Shown here piece by piece: positions 1 through 8,787 of a DNA stretch of 63,978 bases (position 1 is its first letter; every line of letters starts with the position of its first letter). The notes beneath the pieces were generated by a model that worked only from the letters and a program-made list of their open reading frames with translations, searched no databases and had not been told where the DNA came from. The position numbers and the translations under genes are program-made. The DNA is from an uncultured Omnitrophica bacterium (GTDB lineage: Bacteria > Omnitrophota > Gorgyraeia > JACQQV01): the NCBI GenBank assembly GCA_947085655.1, contig CAMTXH010000016.1, positions 1 to 63,978 of the forward strand, in the 5' to 3' direction.

Positions 1-75
1 CAAGCTGCGGCCTGCCTTCAGGGATTGGCTTATTACTTCACGCTCTTTGGGAGTCAAGTGGGTGTAACGTTCCAT
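1..75 (-). mobile_element. IS30-family transposase, first 25 codons only (gene continues beyond the left edge)
   Basis: A minus-strand ATG at 75 has GGAG 8 nt upstream (84-87). The translation MERYTHLTPKEREVISQSLKAGRSL fits the N-terminal HTH pattern (hLTxxERxxIxxLkxGxS) of IS30-type transposases. The fragment is very short. Confidence 0.4.
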
Positions 76-97
76 TTGCAACACTCCTTTCTGCCTG

Positions 98-1351
98 TCA
101 TTTTACAGGCAAAGTGTTGCACTTAGAACTTGAACCTACCAGGAGTTCTGTTAAACTAAGCAAAATCCAGAGGAAGAGGAAAAAGAGCGCAACACGGTAA
201 TTCCACGGAAAAAAATCCCCGAGTTTCAACACAATGACGCTCCAAAGAAGCGGACCGATTACAGAAGCGATCCTTCCGACGAATCCGATGATGCCAAGCA
301 CTTCTCCCAGGTAGTCAGGCGGCGAAAGACGGATGATTAAAACACGACTTGAAACCCATGTGCCGCCGAGGGAGGCCCCGATCACGCTTCCTACAATCCA
401 GAACTGCCAAGGTACAGTGGCGCCGGCTCCCATCAGAAGGCCGATTCCCCAACCGGCAAGACTCAAAAGGAGGGTGCGTCGCGGTCCGAAGCGGTCTGTC
501 AAGAGGCCGGTTCCAAAAGCCCCCACAATCGCCGAGAGGGTGGATAGTGCGAAAAAGGAGATCATAGCACGGTCGGTCAGGCCGATCACCCGCTGGGCAT
601 AGACCGACATAAAAAGGACAACCGGCTGAATCGCCAAAAGCGCAAAAAAATAGGCCCGGGCTACGTTCCGGAGAGGTTCCCCCTTTTTAAAAAATTCCCC
701 TCCCTTTTTGAAACGCTGGCGGGTTTGGCCTTTGACAAGCGAAAGTCGGGGAAAGCCCTTTTTCCCGGTCTCCCTGACCAGAAAAAAACAAGGTAAAGAA
801 AAAAGAAGAAAGAAGAGCGCCGTGGGAAGAAAGGAGGCCTGGTATCCTCCCCGAAGGACAAAAGGACGGACCAAAAACAGGCCGATCAGTGTGCCGACGT
901 ATCCGAGAGCCACTCCCCAACCGGAAATTCTTCCAAGCGTGCGATTCCGGCTGACCTTGGGAAGAAGCGCATCATAGAAAAGGAGCCCGAGTTGATAGCC
1001 GATATGAGCAAGGCCGAAGAAAAAAAGCCCCTCCCCGAGCGTCCGGGCCCGGGCCAGGAGCGCGGTAGCGCCGACGCAGAGGAAGGTCGCCGGCACCAGA
1101 AAAAGCATCCTTTGCCCGAGATAATCCGAGAGGGTTCCCAAAAAGGGCATGAGGAGACTGGCTAAAAAAAGGGATAAACCGGCACAGGCGGCAATCTTTG
1201 CTTCTGTTCCCCCCTGTTGAAGGACCCAAAGGGGAAAATAGAGCGAGAGGATGTTGATGGCAAAGATCGTGTTGGCCAGATCGTATATGGCCCAGGAGGT
1301 GGTCTTCCAGAAAGAAAAAGCCCCCGTTTCCGGGGGCTTTTGAGAGATCAT
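98..1351 (-). CDS. MFS transporter (UMF1/Atg22-like type)
   Basis: 417-aa polytopic hydrophobic ORF. The N-terminus WAIYDLANTIFAINILSLYFPLW and the two-halves architecture with a basic central loop are typical of UMF1-type MFS permeases. Confidence 0.65.
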   Translation of the reverse strand: MISQKPPETGAFSFWKTTSWAIYDLANTIFAINILSLYFPLWVLQQGGTEAKIAACAGLSLFLASLLMPFLGTLSDYLGQRMLFLVPATFLCVGATALLARARTLGEGLFFFGLAHIGYQLGLLFYDALLPKVSRNRTLGRISGWGVALGYVGTLIGLFLVRPFVLRGGYQASFLPTALFFLLFSLPCFFLVRETGKKGFPRLSLVKGQTRQRFKKGGEFFKKGEPLRNVARAYFFALLAIQPVVLFMSVYAQRVIGLTDRAMISFFALSTLSAIVGAFGTGLLTDRFGPRRTLLLSLAGWGIGLLMGAGATVPWQFWIVGSVIGASLGGTWVSSRVLIIRLSPPDYLGEVLGIIGFVGRIASVIGPLLWSVIVLKLGDFFPWNYRVALFFLFLWILLSLTELLVGSSSKCNTLPVK

Positions 1352-1359
1352 CCGAGCGC

Positions 1360-1695
1360 TTAGATCAGTGTTTCAGGCTCGAGAATGGATTCGTAATTCG
1401 GGGGAATCGGGAAGAGAAACGTCCCGACATCCCACACACCCACAACCGTTCTAGCAGCAGCCCAACCGATACCCAACAGAAGTCCCTTGGTTGCGCCCGC
1501 AGCATACCCTTCCTGCTGCCCGACCTGGTGCGGCTGATGGAAAACTTCAAACCATCCCGTTGCCACATTGATGAGGCCCCGGCGGAGTTTGTTTCCCATC
1601 TGACCCATGTCGGCTTGACTTGGAGTGGCAGACACCAAAAGGAAAATCAGGGCGATAACACTAACTATGAAGACATGTTGACGCAAGCGGTTCAT
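1360..1695 (-). CDS. small secreted protein, exosortase-system-associated family (TIGR04073-like)
   Basis: I moved the start to the ATG at 1695, which has GGAGGTG 6 nt upstream. There is a signal peptide, and the motif KLRRGLINVATGWFEV resembles the family signature KLxRGxxNxxxGWxEx (recalled from memory). Confidence 0.5.
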   Translation of the reverse strand: MNRLRQHVFIVSVIALIFLLVSATPSQADMGQMGNKLRRGLINVATGWFEVFHQPHQVGQQEGYAAGATKGLLLGIGWAAARTVVGVWDVGTFLFPIPPNYESILEPETLI

Positions 1696-1759
1696 TCGAA
1701 CACCTCCTTCACCACAATGGAGGTAATATACCAAAAATCGGGATTTTTGTCAATGAGTC

Positions 1760-3556
1760 TTATTCTTCGCGGCCGGAGTCTTTTTCTCCGTAGAGGGTGT
1801 TGATCAGGTTTTGATACTGACTGTAGAGCCGCTGGCGCTTGATTTTCAAGGTCGGTGTTAGATCCCCTCCTGTTTGGGTCAGTTCCCGGTCGAGAAGCGC
1901 TATTTTTTTGACCTGTTCAAAACGGGCCACATCCGCCAGAGACCGGTCAACCCTTTCCTGGACAAGACAGACAACCCGCGGGTCTTTCAGGCAGGCCTTG
2001 GGGTCCGGGATGGAGATTCCCCTTTCGGATATCGCTTTCTTGAGCCGCTCGATATCCGGGAAAAGGAGAGCCACAATGTACTTTTGTCTGTCCCCGAAAA
2101 CGACCGCTTCTTCAATCAGAGGATCCCGTTTCAACAGGGCCTCGATTTTCTGAGGGGATACGAATTTCCCGCCACTTGTTTTAATCAGGTCTTTTTTCCG
2201 GTCCGTGATGAACAAAAACCCCTCTTCATCGAGTTCTCCGATGTCTCCCGTCAGGAGGTATCCTTCCCTGAAAGTATTCCGGGTTTCTTCCTCCCGGCGA
2301 TAATATCCCTGCATCACGTTCGGTCCTTTGACCATGATTTCGCCGTCTTCGGCAATTTTGACCTCGACCCCCGGAATCGAAAGGCCTACACTTCCCCACT
2401 TCCAGCGGTCCGGACGGTTGACCGAAATGACGGGAGAGGTTTCGGTCAGTCCATACCCCTCGAGAATGATGCACCCGAAGGCCGAAAAAAACGCAATCAA
2501 ATCGGTGGAAAGAGGGGCGCTTCCTGAAATAAAAAAACGGAGTCTTTGTCCGATTTTCCGCCGGACCTTTCGGAGGACCATGCGGGATGCAATGGGATAC
2601 TGCAGCTGGTCTTTCCAAGACAGAGAAGTGCGGTTTTGAAGGGCTTGGGCGCGTCTTTTCCCGATCTCAAGGGCCCAGAGGAAAAGTCGTCTTTTCATCG
2701 GCGATGCTTTCTCCACTTTTTCCAGCATTCCCTCGCGGACCTTTTCAAAAAAACGGGGAACCCCGCTCATCACGGTCGGCTGAACCTCCTGTATGTTTTG
2801 AAAAACGCAGTCCATGTTTTCGGCGTAGGCGATGGAGGCGCCCTGAAAGAGCATGAAGTAAAATCCGGCCATTCTTTCAAAGACATGGCTTAACGGGAGG
2901 AATGAAAGATAAAGGTCTTCTTCGGAGATGGAGATTGCGTCGCAACAGGCGCGGCAGTTGGAAAGGAAATTTTCATGGGTCAGCATCACTCCTTTGGCGT
3001 CACCGGTTGTACCGGAGGTGTAGATGATGCTGGCAAGGTCACCCCCTTCCGTCTCTTCCGCACGGGAACTGAAGCGGTCCCGATTTTGTGCGAGAAATTG
3101 TTCTCCAAGGGAGAAGGCCCTCGAGAGATCTCCCCCTTCGAAGGAAAGAACCGTCCCCTGCCATTCGGAAAGGGATGCTGCCATGGCCTGTTTGGAGACC
3201 CAAAGGGTTTTGACTCCTGAATCTTCCAGGATATAGCGGACATCGTGGGGAGGAAGGGTCGGGTAGATCGGAACCGTGACACATCCGATAGCAAGGATCG
3301 CGAGGTCCGTGAAGGCCCATTCGGGACGGTTTTCAGAAAGGATGCCAACCCGGTCTCCCTTGGCGAGTCCCTGGCTTAAGAGAAAGTTTGCCAGTTTTTC
3401 GATGTGGTGGAGAACCTCGATCCAGGAAATCGAATGGTAGGTCCCCTCTTTTTTAAAGGAGAGACAGGGGGAATCTCCGTAACGGAGGGCCCGCGAGCGG
3501 AACATCCCGTAGAGGGTGGTGTCATCGGTTCTTGAATTGTGGCTGTCGTTTCTCAA
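1760..3556 (-). CDS. long-chain acyl-CoA synthetase (AMP-dependent ligase)
   Basis: AMP-binding signature IIYTSGTTGDAKGVMLTHENF and the C-terminal LTPTLKIKR motif. The start is uncertain: TTG at 3556, with the next ATG at 3505. Confidence 0.9.
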   Translation of the reverse strand: MRNDSHNSRTDDTTLYGMFRSRALRYGDSPCLSFKKEGTYHSISWIEVLHHIEKLANFLLSQGLAKGDRVGILSENRPEWAFTDLAILAIGCVTVPIYPTLPPHDVRYILEDSGVKTLWVSKQAMAASLSEWQGTVLSFEGGDLSRAFSLGEQFLAQNRDRFSSRAEETEGGDLASIIYTSGTTGDAKGVMLTHENFLSNCRACCDAISISEEDLYLSFLPLSHVFERMAGFYFMLFQGASIAYAENMDCVFQNIQEVQPTVMSGVPRFFEKVREGMLEKVEKASPMKRRLFLWALEIGKRRAQALQNRTSLSWKDQLQYPIASRMVLRKVRRKIGQRLRFFISGSAPLSTDLIAFFSAFGCIILEGYGLTETSPVISVNRPDRWKWGSVGLSIPGVEVKIAEDGEIMVKGPNVMQGYYRREEETRNTFREGYLLTGDIGELDEEGFLFITDRKKDLIKTSGGKFVSPQKIEALLKRDPLIEEAVVFGDRQKYIVALLFPDIERLKKAISERGISIPDPKACLKDPRVVCLVQERVDRSLADVARFEQVKKIALLDRELTQTGGDLTPTLKIKRQRLYSQYQNLINTLYGEKDSGREE

Positions 3557-4307
3557 GAAATGCCGAGATCCCCTCTTTCATATCTTCCGTCTCACAAATT
3601 TTCCCAAAGGCCTCCGCTTCCCGCTTTAAGGCCTCGTCCAAGGAAAGATGACGGCCTGATTCGATCAGGGAAAGAATCTGAGAAATGGCCGGAAGGCTTT
3701 TTGAGGCGATCCGCTGGGCAAGACCTTTGGCGTGCCGGGCAAGATCTTCATCCGGGACAACCGCATTCACCAACCCTATACGAAACGCCTCCTGAGCGGA
3801 AATCATGTCGCCGGTGAGGATCATTTCCGTCGCTTTGCTTGGTCCCACGATCCGCAAAAGCCGCTGGCTGCCGCCGAAGCCGGGGACAATACCGAGGTTA
3901 ATCTCCGGCTGGCCGAAACGGGCCCGTTCGCCCGCGATCCGGATGTGACAGGCCATCACCAGCTCGTTTCCTCCCCCGAGACAAGGGGCGTGGATGGCGG
4001 CAATAACCGGTTTCGGCATCCGCTCGATCTTATCGAAAAGGAGTTGTCCCTTGCGGGCAAGGGCTTCCGCCTGTTTTGCGGAAGAAATTTTTATCAGTTC
4101 CCGGATGTCGGCACCGGCGATAAAGGCCTGCGTCCCTTCACTGGTAAGGAGAATCGCCTTGACCGTGTCATCGCTCTTTAAGGCATCCATCGCCTCCTCA
4201 AGTTCCGTCAATACTTTTTGGTTCAGGGCATTGACCGGTGGGTTGTTGAGGATGAGGGTCGCGACCCCTTCCTCCCGAACCGTTTTAACAGGATGTTGAA
4301 AAAGCAT
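3522..4307 (-). CDS. enoyl-CoA hydratase (crotonase family)
   Basis: Crotonase motifs LNNPPVNALN, FIAGADI and CLGGGNELVMACHIRIA. I moved the start to the ATG at 4307 with GGAGGG upstream; the longer ORF would overlap the upstream gene. Confidence 0.9.
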   Translation of the reverse strand: MLFQHPVKTVREEGVATLILNNPPVNALNQKVLTELEEAMDALKSDDTVKAILLTSEGTQAFIAGADIRELIKISSAKQAEALARKGQLLFDKIERMPKPVIAAIHAPCLGGGNELVMACHIRIAGERARFGQPEINLGIVPGFGGSQRLLRIVGPSKATEMILTGDMISAQEAFRIGLVNAVVPDEDLARHAKGLAQRIASKSLPAISQILSLIESGRHLSLDEALKREAEAFGKICETEDMKEGISAFLEKRQPQFKNR

Positions 4308-4321
4308 GGTCCCTCCGAAGG

Positions 4322-5545
4322 TTACCGGCCGTACGTGAAAAATCCCTTTTTGGTTTTTTTTCCAAGATGATTGGCCCGGACCATCCTCCGAAGATGCGGG
4401 GCCGGCCAGAAACGCTCTCCGAGCTCTCCGTACCACTCCTCAAGTTCTTGGACCACCGTATCAATTCCAATTTGATCCGCAACGTGGAGGATGCCCCCCT
4501 TGACCGGTGGGAACCCGAGTCCAGCGATCATGGCCAGTTCGATGTCGGAAGGGTTGCTGATTTCCTCCTGTAGACAATAGGCTGCTTCGTTAATCATCGG
4601 CAGCAGAAGCCGCTCGACGGAAAATTTCTTTTTCGGTTTCGGCAATTTTGGAGAAAGGGACCCGATTAAAAAAGCAAGTTCAGGTTCCACCCGCGGGTTA
4701 CCGTCATAAGTGTAAAACCCTTTTTTCCGCTTGACTCCGTAGCGCCCCGCCTCATAAAGCACTTTCCAAATCGGTGCCGGTGTCATCCGGGCACCGTAAT
4801 CCCGGAGAAGAACCTTGACGACGCTCTGGCAGACATCGAGTCCGACGGTATCGACCAGGGTAAAAGGCCCCATCGGGAGGCCGAACTGGACCGCAGCCCG
4901 GTCCACTTCCTCGACCGAGGCGCTTCCCTCCTGTAGACAATAGGCCGCTTCGTTCAGATAAGGCATCAAAAGCCTGTTGACTAGGAACCCGGCGCATTCT
5001 CTGACCCGGATCGGGATCTTCCGGAGACTTTCGGCAAAGAGAGTGACATCCGAGACGGTTCCTTCCGACGTCTCAAGTCCCGGGATGATTTCAACCAGTT
5101 TCATGACATGAGGCGGGTAGAAAAAATGGAGCCCAATGACTTTATCCGGCCTTTGGGTGGCTGCCCCGAGTTCCGAGATGGAGAGTGAGGAAGTGTTTGA
5201 GGCAAGGATGGTGCTTTTCGGACAGATCCGGTCGAGCTCCCGGAAAACCTCCTTTTTGACCTGGAGGTCTTCGATGACCGCTTCAATCACCAAATCAACG
5301 TCCCTCAGATCTTCGGTTCGGGTCGTCGGCCGGATAAGCGCCATTTTGGATTGAACTTCTTCCGATGTCATCTTCCCTTTTGCAACGCGCCTTTCATAAA
5401 TCGCACGGGCACGCTGAAGACCGGACTCGACGAAACGCTCCTCGATATCCTTGAGGATGACCGGAATTCCTCCGTAAGAGAGAACCTGCGCAATTTCAGC
5501 TCCCATGGCCCCGGCACCGATGACCGCAGTTCGATAGATATACAT
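4322..5545 (-). CDS. 3-hydroxyacyl-CoA dehydrogenase with duplicated C-terminal domain
   Basis: N-terminal Rossmann motif VIGAGAMGAEIA. Two copies of the 3HCDH C-terminal motif are present (YLNEAAYCLQEG and MINEAAYCLQEE). GAGGT lies upstream of the ATG. Confidence 0.9.
   Translation of the reverse strand: MYIYRTAVIGAGAMGAEIAQVLSYGGIPVILKDIEERFVESGLQRARAIYERRVAKGKMTSEEVQSKMALIRPTTRTEDLRDVDLVIEAVIEDLQVKKEVFRELDRICPKSTILASNTSSLSISELGAATQRPDKVIGLHFFYPPHVMKLVEIIPGLETSEGTVSDVTLFAESLRKIPIRVRECAGFLVNRLLMPYLNEAAYCLQEGSASVEEVDRAAVQFGLPMGPFTLVDTVGLDVCQSVVKVLLRDYGARMTPAPIWKVLYEAGRYGVKRKKGFYTYDGNPRVEPELAFLIGSLSPKLPKPKKKFSVERLLLPMINEAAYCLQEEISNPSDIELAMIAGLGFPPVKGGILHVADQIGIDTVVQELEEWYGELGERFWPAPHLRRMVRANHLGKKTKKGFFTYGR
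4564..4591. repeat. intragenic direct repeat, copy 1 (28 nt, 1 mismatch versus 4927-4954)
   Basis: The sequence cctcctgtagacaataggcTgcttcgtt encodes NEAAYCLQE of the second 3HCDH_C repeat. Confidence 0.9.
4927..4954. repeat. intragenic direct repeat, copy 2
   Basis: The sequence cctcctgtagacaataggcCgcttcgtt encodes NEAAYCLQE of the first 3HCDH_C repeat. Confidence 0.9.
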
Positions 5546-5599
5546 GGGGTTACCTCATCTTGTATTGTAACAGGACCCAATCCCCGGGTCAATGAAGCA

Positions 5600-7681
5600 T
5601 TAGGGAGATTTTTCGAAAACGAGCGCTTTGATTTCATCCAGATGCTTGATTGCCTCTTCTTCTCCGTGGCGGACGAACTTTTTCGCCTCAAAGAATTCAA
5701 ACCAATCGGCACTGATATGGGTGGGCCGGATGACGACATCCGCTTCCTGACAGGCAACCTCCGAAATTTGATATTCCATTGTCTGCATGCTCTGCATCAT
5801 GATGTCAAAGATATTCGGCGAGAAAAAACCGGAAAACCGCTTTCTCAGGCGATAGCCGATACGGACAAAAAGATTTTTTTTCTGGATCGTCGCCTCTTTT
5901 TTTGCCTCCGCTTCCAGAAGCCGCTTCCGTTTTTCCAAAACGGCATGAGGGCTTGGGAGAACGTTGACCGCGATGATTTTTCGGATCCCCATCCGCCGGA
6001 GACACTGAATCGGCACCGGCGAGGCGACCGCCCCATCCACCACAATCTGCCCTTTCTGGATCAGGGGCTGGAAGATGCCCGGAATGGACATGCTTTCCCG
6101 GAGTGCGTTCACCAAAGATCCTTGGTCGATGACCAGTTCCTCCCGTGTGGTTAAATTCATCGCAATGACCTTTAGAGGAATGGTGGTCTCCTGGAAAGTG
6201 ATGTTGCCAAAAATGTCTTTGAGAAACTGGGTGACCCGGGTTCCGCGGAAGAAACCGGTCCGCCAGAAAAAATCGAAGTCTCCGAGGAGGGCATAGGTCT
6301 GCCGGCGCGTGGAGATTCCCATCACCATTTTTTCCATCTCTTCAAAGGATTTGCCGCAGGCCAGCGCCGCCGCCACAATCGCTCCGATGCTGGAACCGGC
6401 CACCACATCGATCGGAATTTTTTCCTTTTCGAGGACTTTGATAACCCCCAAATGGGCCAGGCCCAGGGCGGCGCCGCTCCCCAGAACGAGTCCGACCAAG
6501 ATCTCTCCCGTTTCCCGGGCCATGTACCGGACCAGACGGCTGTAACGGGCTTCCGGCTCAGCGATGATGAACGGGACGCCCTTTTCTTGAGTGGGAGTTT
6601 TGAGATTCGGCGTATAAGGAAGAATATGTGAAATCTTTGATCCCAAGAAGAGCTCTTTGTCGGGGGGTGAAAAAGGATACCATTCCTTGACTTCGTTGAG
6701 AATGAGCCGAAGCCGCTCGCGCAATTTCGGCAGCTTGAAATAGGTATTTAAAAGCAGTTTTGTCACCTGGAGGTGCCCTTGATCGCCGTCCGTGACCAGG
6801 TACACCAGGTCGGATTGCAGGAGAATATTTTGGATAGAAAAGGTTTGTTTGGCCGGGAGCACAAGAACCACAAAGTCGTAGGCAAAGACCAGCCGGCTGA
6901 AGAGGGACGAGAGCTGTTTCTCATCTCCCTCCCGCTCATAGTCACTCAAGGAAAACTCGAGCACATGAAATCCGGAAGGGTGGACAGAGACATATTTTTG
7001 AATATCCTCTATCGCCATCTCGGATTTCTGAAGGGGGAGCGGTTTTCCCCTTTCGAGTCCCAAAAGACTCAAAGCGCTCTTACTTTCTCCCGCAAAGTCG
7101 ATCAGGATGGTTTTTTTCAAGGTTTCCACAGCGAGTCCTGCGGCGAGGTTTGTAGCAAAGAGGGTTTTTCCGACTTGGGGGGCGGCACTGTAAACGGAGA
7201 CAATTTTGGAGGCCTTGATCCGCTCTCCGGTCCGTTCTCTGTCTTTTTCCTTGAGACGCGTTCCAAGAATCCGGCTGATTTCTACGGCAACATGGGGAGA
7301 GCGCTCCAGAAGTTTGTGAAAGTCCTCTCGTTCCAATCGAAGAAGAATGGCATCGTTTTGAACCTCCACATTCACCGAATGCGGTTCATCCGTCAGCAGG
7401 GAGACTTCCCCGAAGTGTCCTCCCTCGTAGAGGTAGGCAAAGACTTTTTCGGTGAGACCCTGAACCGTGAAAACTTTAAGCCGTCCGGAGACCACCACGT
7501 AGAAACAGTCCGCCGGGTCCCCCTCCCGGTAGATGAAATCGCCCCGCTTGAACTCAATCAGCCGGGATTCGCTCGCCAGGAATCGGAGATCCGTTTCTTT
7601 AAGATTGGAAAAAAGCGGAATCCGCTTGAGGATTTGAATCTTGTCGATTTTGTCCTGCTTGAAAAGAGGCCAGCGCATCAT
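5600..7681 (-). CDS. three-domain protein: cyclic-nucleotide-binding domain / degenerate MinD-ParA-like domain / patatin-like phospholipase
   Basis: The cNMP-binding region reads IPLFSNLKETDLRFLA...FGEVSLLTDEPHSVNV. The central KIVSVYSAAPQVGKTLFATNLAAGLA...ILIDFAG...YDFVVLVLP has MinD/ParA topology but lacks the KGG signature lysine and the Walker B Asp. The patatin blocks are LGSGAALG, GSSIG (GxSxG) and VVDGAV (DGA). I placed the start at the ATGATG at 7681, which forms an ATGA overlap with the upstream stop. Confidence 0.8.
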   Translation of the reverse strand: MMRWPLFKQDKIDKIQILKRIPLFSNLKETDLRFLASESRLIEFKRGDFIYREGDPADCFYVVVSGRLKVFTVQGLTEKVFAYLYEGGHFGEVSLLTDEPHSVNVEVQNDAILLRLEREDFHKLLERSPHVAVEISRILGTRLKEKDRERTGERIKASKIVSVYSAAPQVGKTLFATNLAAGLAVETLKKTILIDFAGESKSALSLLGLERGKPLPLQKSEMAIEDIQKYVSVHPSGFHVLEFSLSDYEREGDEKQLSSLFSRLVFAYDFVVLVLPAKQTFSIQNILLQSDLVYLVTDGDQGHLQVTKLLLNTYFKLPKLRERLRLILNEVKEWYPFSPPDKELFLGSKISHILPYTPNLKTPTQEKGVPFIIAEPEARYSRLVRYMARETGEILVGLVLGSGAALGLAHLGVIKVLEKEKIPIDVVAGSSIGAIVAAALACGKSFEEMEKMVMGISTRRQTYALLGDFDFFWRTGFFRGTRVTQFLKDIFGNITFQETTIPLKVIAMNLTTREELVIDQGSLVNALRESMSIPGIFQPLIQKGQIVVDGAVASPVPIQCLRRMGIRKIIAVNVLPSPHAVLEKRKRLLEAEAKKEATIQKKNLFVRIGYRLRKRFSGFFSPNIFDIMMQSMQTMEYQISEVACQEADVVIRPTHISADWFEFFEAKKFVRHGEEEAIKHLDEIKALVFEKSP

Positions 7682-8787
7682 CCCCCCTCTTCCGCAAATC
7701 GAATTCTTTTGGAGATCGGTGGATGGGTGTGGAAGAAAATTTCCACCAGCCGATTGGGGGATGGATCGGCAAGATTTTGTGAGGCGAGCTTCCGCATGGA
7801 TGAAATGAAGGCCTCCTTCATCCCGGTGGTCCGCAGCGCAAAGCCGTCCGCCTCCCTTTCCAGAAAACGTGAAAAGCCGTTTTGAAGGGACAAAAGACAA
7901 AAGCCGACGAGGGAGAAAAGGAGCAGAAAAAGAGGAAGCGCCGCCAAATCTTCCGGATGGGAAAGATGAAAGACGGAGAGAAGTTTCTGGAGGGCCCCTT
8001 GAATGATGTAAAGACTCCCGAAGGTCAAGAGGGCATTGAACAAAAACGAATAAACCATGTGATGCTGCTTGTCATGTCCCAACTCATGCGCAAAAATCAC
8101 TTTAATCTCATCATGGTTGAATCGCTCAAGAAGTGTATCCCCAAGAATGATCCGTTTCTTTTTCCCGATTCCGAGGACGGCGGCATTGGCCCTTTTCGAC
8201 TCCTTGCTTAAATTCAACATTCGGACCGAATCGATGCTTCTTCCCTGCTTTTCCGCAAAACGCCTCAAAAGGCCAATCAAGGCCTCATCCTTAACCGGCT
8301 CGTAGCGGAAAAAAAGCGGCACAATCCATACCGGAAAAAGTTGGAGGAGGATCCACTGATAAAAAATCCACATGAGCGCAAAGGCAAGCCACCAATTTTC
8401 CCCGAGAGACCGGAGAAAAAAATAACCGGTTTCAACGAGAAGGAGAAAGAAAAGAAAAGACAATAATCCCTTCTTGACCTCCCGAACGCACCACCCCCTG
8501 AAGGTTAGATTGGAAAGGCCGTAACGTTTCTCCAGGAGATAATCGCCTCCCAGTTGAAACGGGAGTTTCACCGCTCCCACAAGGACCGACAAAACGGTTG
8601 TATAGAGGAATAGCTGTATCCAGAAGTTGGAGGAAACGGACGCACTCTTTGACTGCAAAAGAGCGGCACTTTCCGTGAGAAGAAAAAGAAAAAAGAAAAG
8701 AACGACAGCGAAGAATGTCAGGAAAAAGAAAAGGATTTTAAACTTGTGGTACCGTTTAACGCGTTGGTTTGGTTTCATCTTTGCCAT
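7678..8787 (-). CDS. M48-family (Ste24/HtpX-like) membrane zinc metallopeptidase
   Basis: HELGHDKQHH (HExxH) follows several N-terminal TM helices, and the C-terminus reads THPPISKRI. The start is probably the ATG at 8787 or 8778; the long ORF start at 8952 would overlap the upstream gene. Confidence 0.8.
   Translation of the reverse strand: MAKMKPNQRVKRYHKFKILFFFLTFFAVVLFFFLFLLTESAALLQSKSASVSSNFWIQLFLYTTVLSVLVGAVKLPFQLGGDYLLEKRYGLSNLTFRGWCVREVKKGLLSFLFFLLLVETGYFFLRSLGENWWLAFALMWIFYQWILLQLFPVWIVPLFFRYEPVKDEALIGLLRRFAEKQGRSIDSVRMLNLSKESKRANAAVLGIGKKKRIILGDTLLERFNHDEIKVIFAHELGHDKQHHMVYSFLFNALLTFGSLYIIQGALQKLLSVFHLSHPEDLAALPLFLLLFSLVGFCLLSLQNGFSRFLEREADGFALRTTGMKEAFISSMRKLASQNLADPSPNRLVEIFFHTHPPISKRIRFAEEGG

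Noticed and set aside
92-110. The GCCTGT/ACAGGC hairpin as a terminator of the MFS gene.
   Set aside because: It has only a 6-7 bp stem, it straddles the stop codon itself, and it lacks a U-tract. It is mentioned only in the IS30-edge finding.
5600-7681. cNMP-binding + patatin read as a Pycsar/CBASS-type anti-phage effector.
   Set aside because: No nucleotide cyclase or CD-NTase gene is adjacent or anywhere in the window. The gene is embedded in a housekeeping-style overlapping operon. An NTE-like lipid-signalling role is at least as likely. It is kept as a finding only for its unusual architecture.
6773-7885. Long plus-strand ORFs antisense to recognisable minus-strand genes. They are 6773-7885 (370 aa), 39674-40729 (351 aa), 36577-37482 (301 aa), 30637-31521 (294 aa), 5351-6154, 10344-11147 (267 aa each), 53687-54454 and 35032-35787.
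   Set aside because: Each lies entirely opposite a gene with clear family motifs (patatin, OCD/pcm, M16, accC, SecY and others). Their translations are R/G/P/F-rich with no motifs. They are typical shadow ORFs of a GC-biased, codon-biased coding strand.
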